Program-made: the position numbers and the translations under genes
Shown: positions 63,801-64,000 of the stretch, one piece after another
Position numbering within the stretch: the stretch's first letter is position 1
Layout: each line of letters begins with the position of its first letter
DNA from: Hydrurus foetidus
Taxonomy: Eukaryota
DNA length: 64,000 nt
Direction: 5' to 3'
Assembly (NCBI GenBank): GCA_900617105.1
Contig: UYFQ01000340.1
Span: 1 to 64,000 of the forward strand
The notes under the pieces: model-generated
The model's input: the letters and a program-made list of their open reading frames with translations, nothing else
What the model was told of the DNA's origin: nothing
Databases searched by the model: none

Positions 63801-64000
63801 TTCTCCTTCTTCTCCCTCTCCCTCTCCTTCTCCTTCTTCTCCCTCTCTCTGTTTTTCTGCTGTACTAACTCTCTCTTTTTCCTCTTTCTCTTCCTCTTTC
63901 TCTTCCTCTTTCTCTTCCTTTTTCATCTCCTACGTCATTTATTCCTAACAATTGTTCTGTTCCTAACAATTATTCTGATCCTGACGTTTTTTTGTTCCTA
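29181..64000 (+). CDS. Giant type I membrane protein, 3'-incomplete: signal peptide, Pro/Thr/Ser mucin-like repeats, long array of GCC2/GCC3 (ephrin-receptor-like) CPxGxYC repeats, non-repetitive juxtamembrane region, one TM helix, Asn/Glu-rich coiled-coil cytoplasmic tail; roughly 65-70 small exons
   Basis: MKGLTSQLVFLAICSAISTVCLA signal. CPxG(Y/F)(Y/F)CP exons bounded by GT-AG from 30556 to ~57440. CSCIGKNRAFQPGDGFCIC (55620-55680); NPIVC...YPIYLKDSLLNTNPAFD (58070-58180). TM LIGGLLG|GIFGVVIGMIAFLFCL spliced 58647/59126. Large tail exons 59126-60451 and 60655-61436. Individual exon ends were read manually. Confidence 0.88.
29340..29712 (+). repeat. Coding 24-bp tandem repeat (~15 copies) encoding (M/I)TPS(D/S/N)(T/I)PT
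   Basis: Unit CCAACGATGACACCATCTGATACA with variants; visible in ORF 29181-30029. Confidence 0.95.
30727..30885. repeat. (TTTA)n intronic microsatellite
   Basis: Direct reading. Confidence 0.95.
33342..33470. repeat. 13-bp minisatellite (TTGTAATGTATTG) x~10
   Basis: Direct reading. Confidence 0.9.
33618..33752. repeat. (GGAAT)n pentamer microsatellite
   Basis: Direct reading. Confidence 0.95.
36931..37090. mobile_element. Intronic Tc1/mariner-type MITE (160 bp)
   Basis: 18-bp TIRs TTGTGCCGGTCAAAACTA / TAGTTTTGACCGGCACAA, flanked by TA at 36929-36930 and 37091-37092. Confidence 0.82.
41310..41411. repeat. (CACTA)n pentamer microsatellite
   Basis: Direct reading, imperfect. Confidence 0.9.
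49186..49342. repeat. (CTGTA)n pentamer microsatellite
   Basis: Direct reading. Confidence 0.95.
50544..50816. mobile_element. Intronic hAT-type MITE (273 bp)
   Basis: 15-bp TIRs TAGAGCTTGTGGCCG / CGGCCACAAGCTCTA. 8-bp TSD CAAAATAA at 50536-50543 and 50817-50824. Subterminal TGGCCGG repeats. Confidence 0.92.
51925..52175. repeat. (GTGTT)n/(GTCGT)n compound microsatellite
   Basis: Direct reading. Confidence 0.9.
54429..54541. repeat. (GTAGT)n pentamer microsatellite
   Basis: Direct reading. Confidence 0.95.
55801..56264. repeat. (GTAGT)n at 55801-55985 and (TCACC)n at 56130-56264 in the same intron
   Basis: Direct reading. Confidence 0.95.
58665..59075. repeat. (GGGA/GGA)n at 58665-58792 and (CCTT/TCCC)n at 58960-59075 in the same intron
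   Basis: Direct reading. Confidence 0.9.
61903..62110. repeat. (TCTTA)n grading into (TCTCA)n and (CCTTA)n
   Basis: Direct reading. Confidence 0.95.
62962..63137. repeat. Long imperfect intronic inverted repeat (foldback hairpin)
   Basis: Arm TATTCCAGGTCCACG...CCCTATACACGACAATTAACTGTACCGCACTG (from 62977) pairs with CAGTACGGTACAATTAGTTGTCGTGTATAGGG...CGTGGACCTGGAATA (to 63116) around a ~10-nt loop. Weaker outer stem extends to 62962/63137. Confidence 0.85.

Noticed and set aside
30719..63948. Many track ORFs such as YLFI-, MEWNG-, LHYTT-, VQYST-, SPHLT- and ILSYL-repeat peptides, and antisense ORFs over acidic exons
   Set aside because: Translations of intronic microsatellites or shadows of real exons, not genes.
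1..64000. tRNA, rRNA or Fanzor/TnpB-type RNA-guided nuclease genes
   Set aside because: No cloverleaf, rRNA motif or RuvC/zinc-finger signature recognised by eye; a covariance or HMM scan would be needed to exclude them formally.

Overview
Intron-rich eukaryotic genomic DNA, probably a protist; a stramenopile is a guess from gene and TE style and cannot be proven here. Two divergently transcribed host genes flank a ~26 kb nest of transposable elements. On the left is a 6-exon glycine-rich RRM + CCCH zinc-finger RNA-binding protein gene (867-2763, minus). On the right is a giant (>34 kb, roughly 65-70 exons by manual count, running off the window) single-pass membrane protein gene with signal peptide, mucin-like repeats, dozens of CPxGxYC cysteine repeats and an acidic/coiled-coil tail (29181->64000, plus). 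The nest resolves base by base into: (1) an apparently intact PIF/Harbinger element (TTA TSD); (2) a Zator-type DD43E element with 34-bp TIRs and an atypical CAG TSD; (3) inside it, a pogo-like DD39D element with 56-bp TIRs and an unexpected 4-bp AAAT TSD instead of TA; (4) a TA-TSD MITE; (5) several nested Ty3/Gypsy chromovirus copies with very short (~190-220 bp) LTRs. The Gypsy copies include one full-length decayed element inserted antisense into a relative (CTTG TSD) and a 1.38-kb tandem duplication with a recombinant LTR. Most novel-looking signals: the non-TA pogo-like element; a palindromic, non-TGG sequence at the Gypsy primer-binding-site position; a 24-nt hairpin conserved in the 3' UTR of three Gypsy lineages with unrelated LTRs; and G-rich-donor / C-rich-acceptor polarity of intronic microsatellites. 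All calls come from manual reading; no database search was run.
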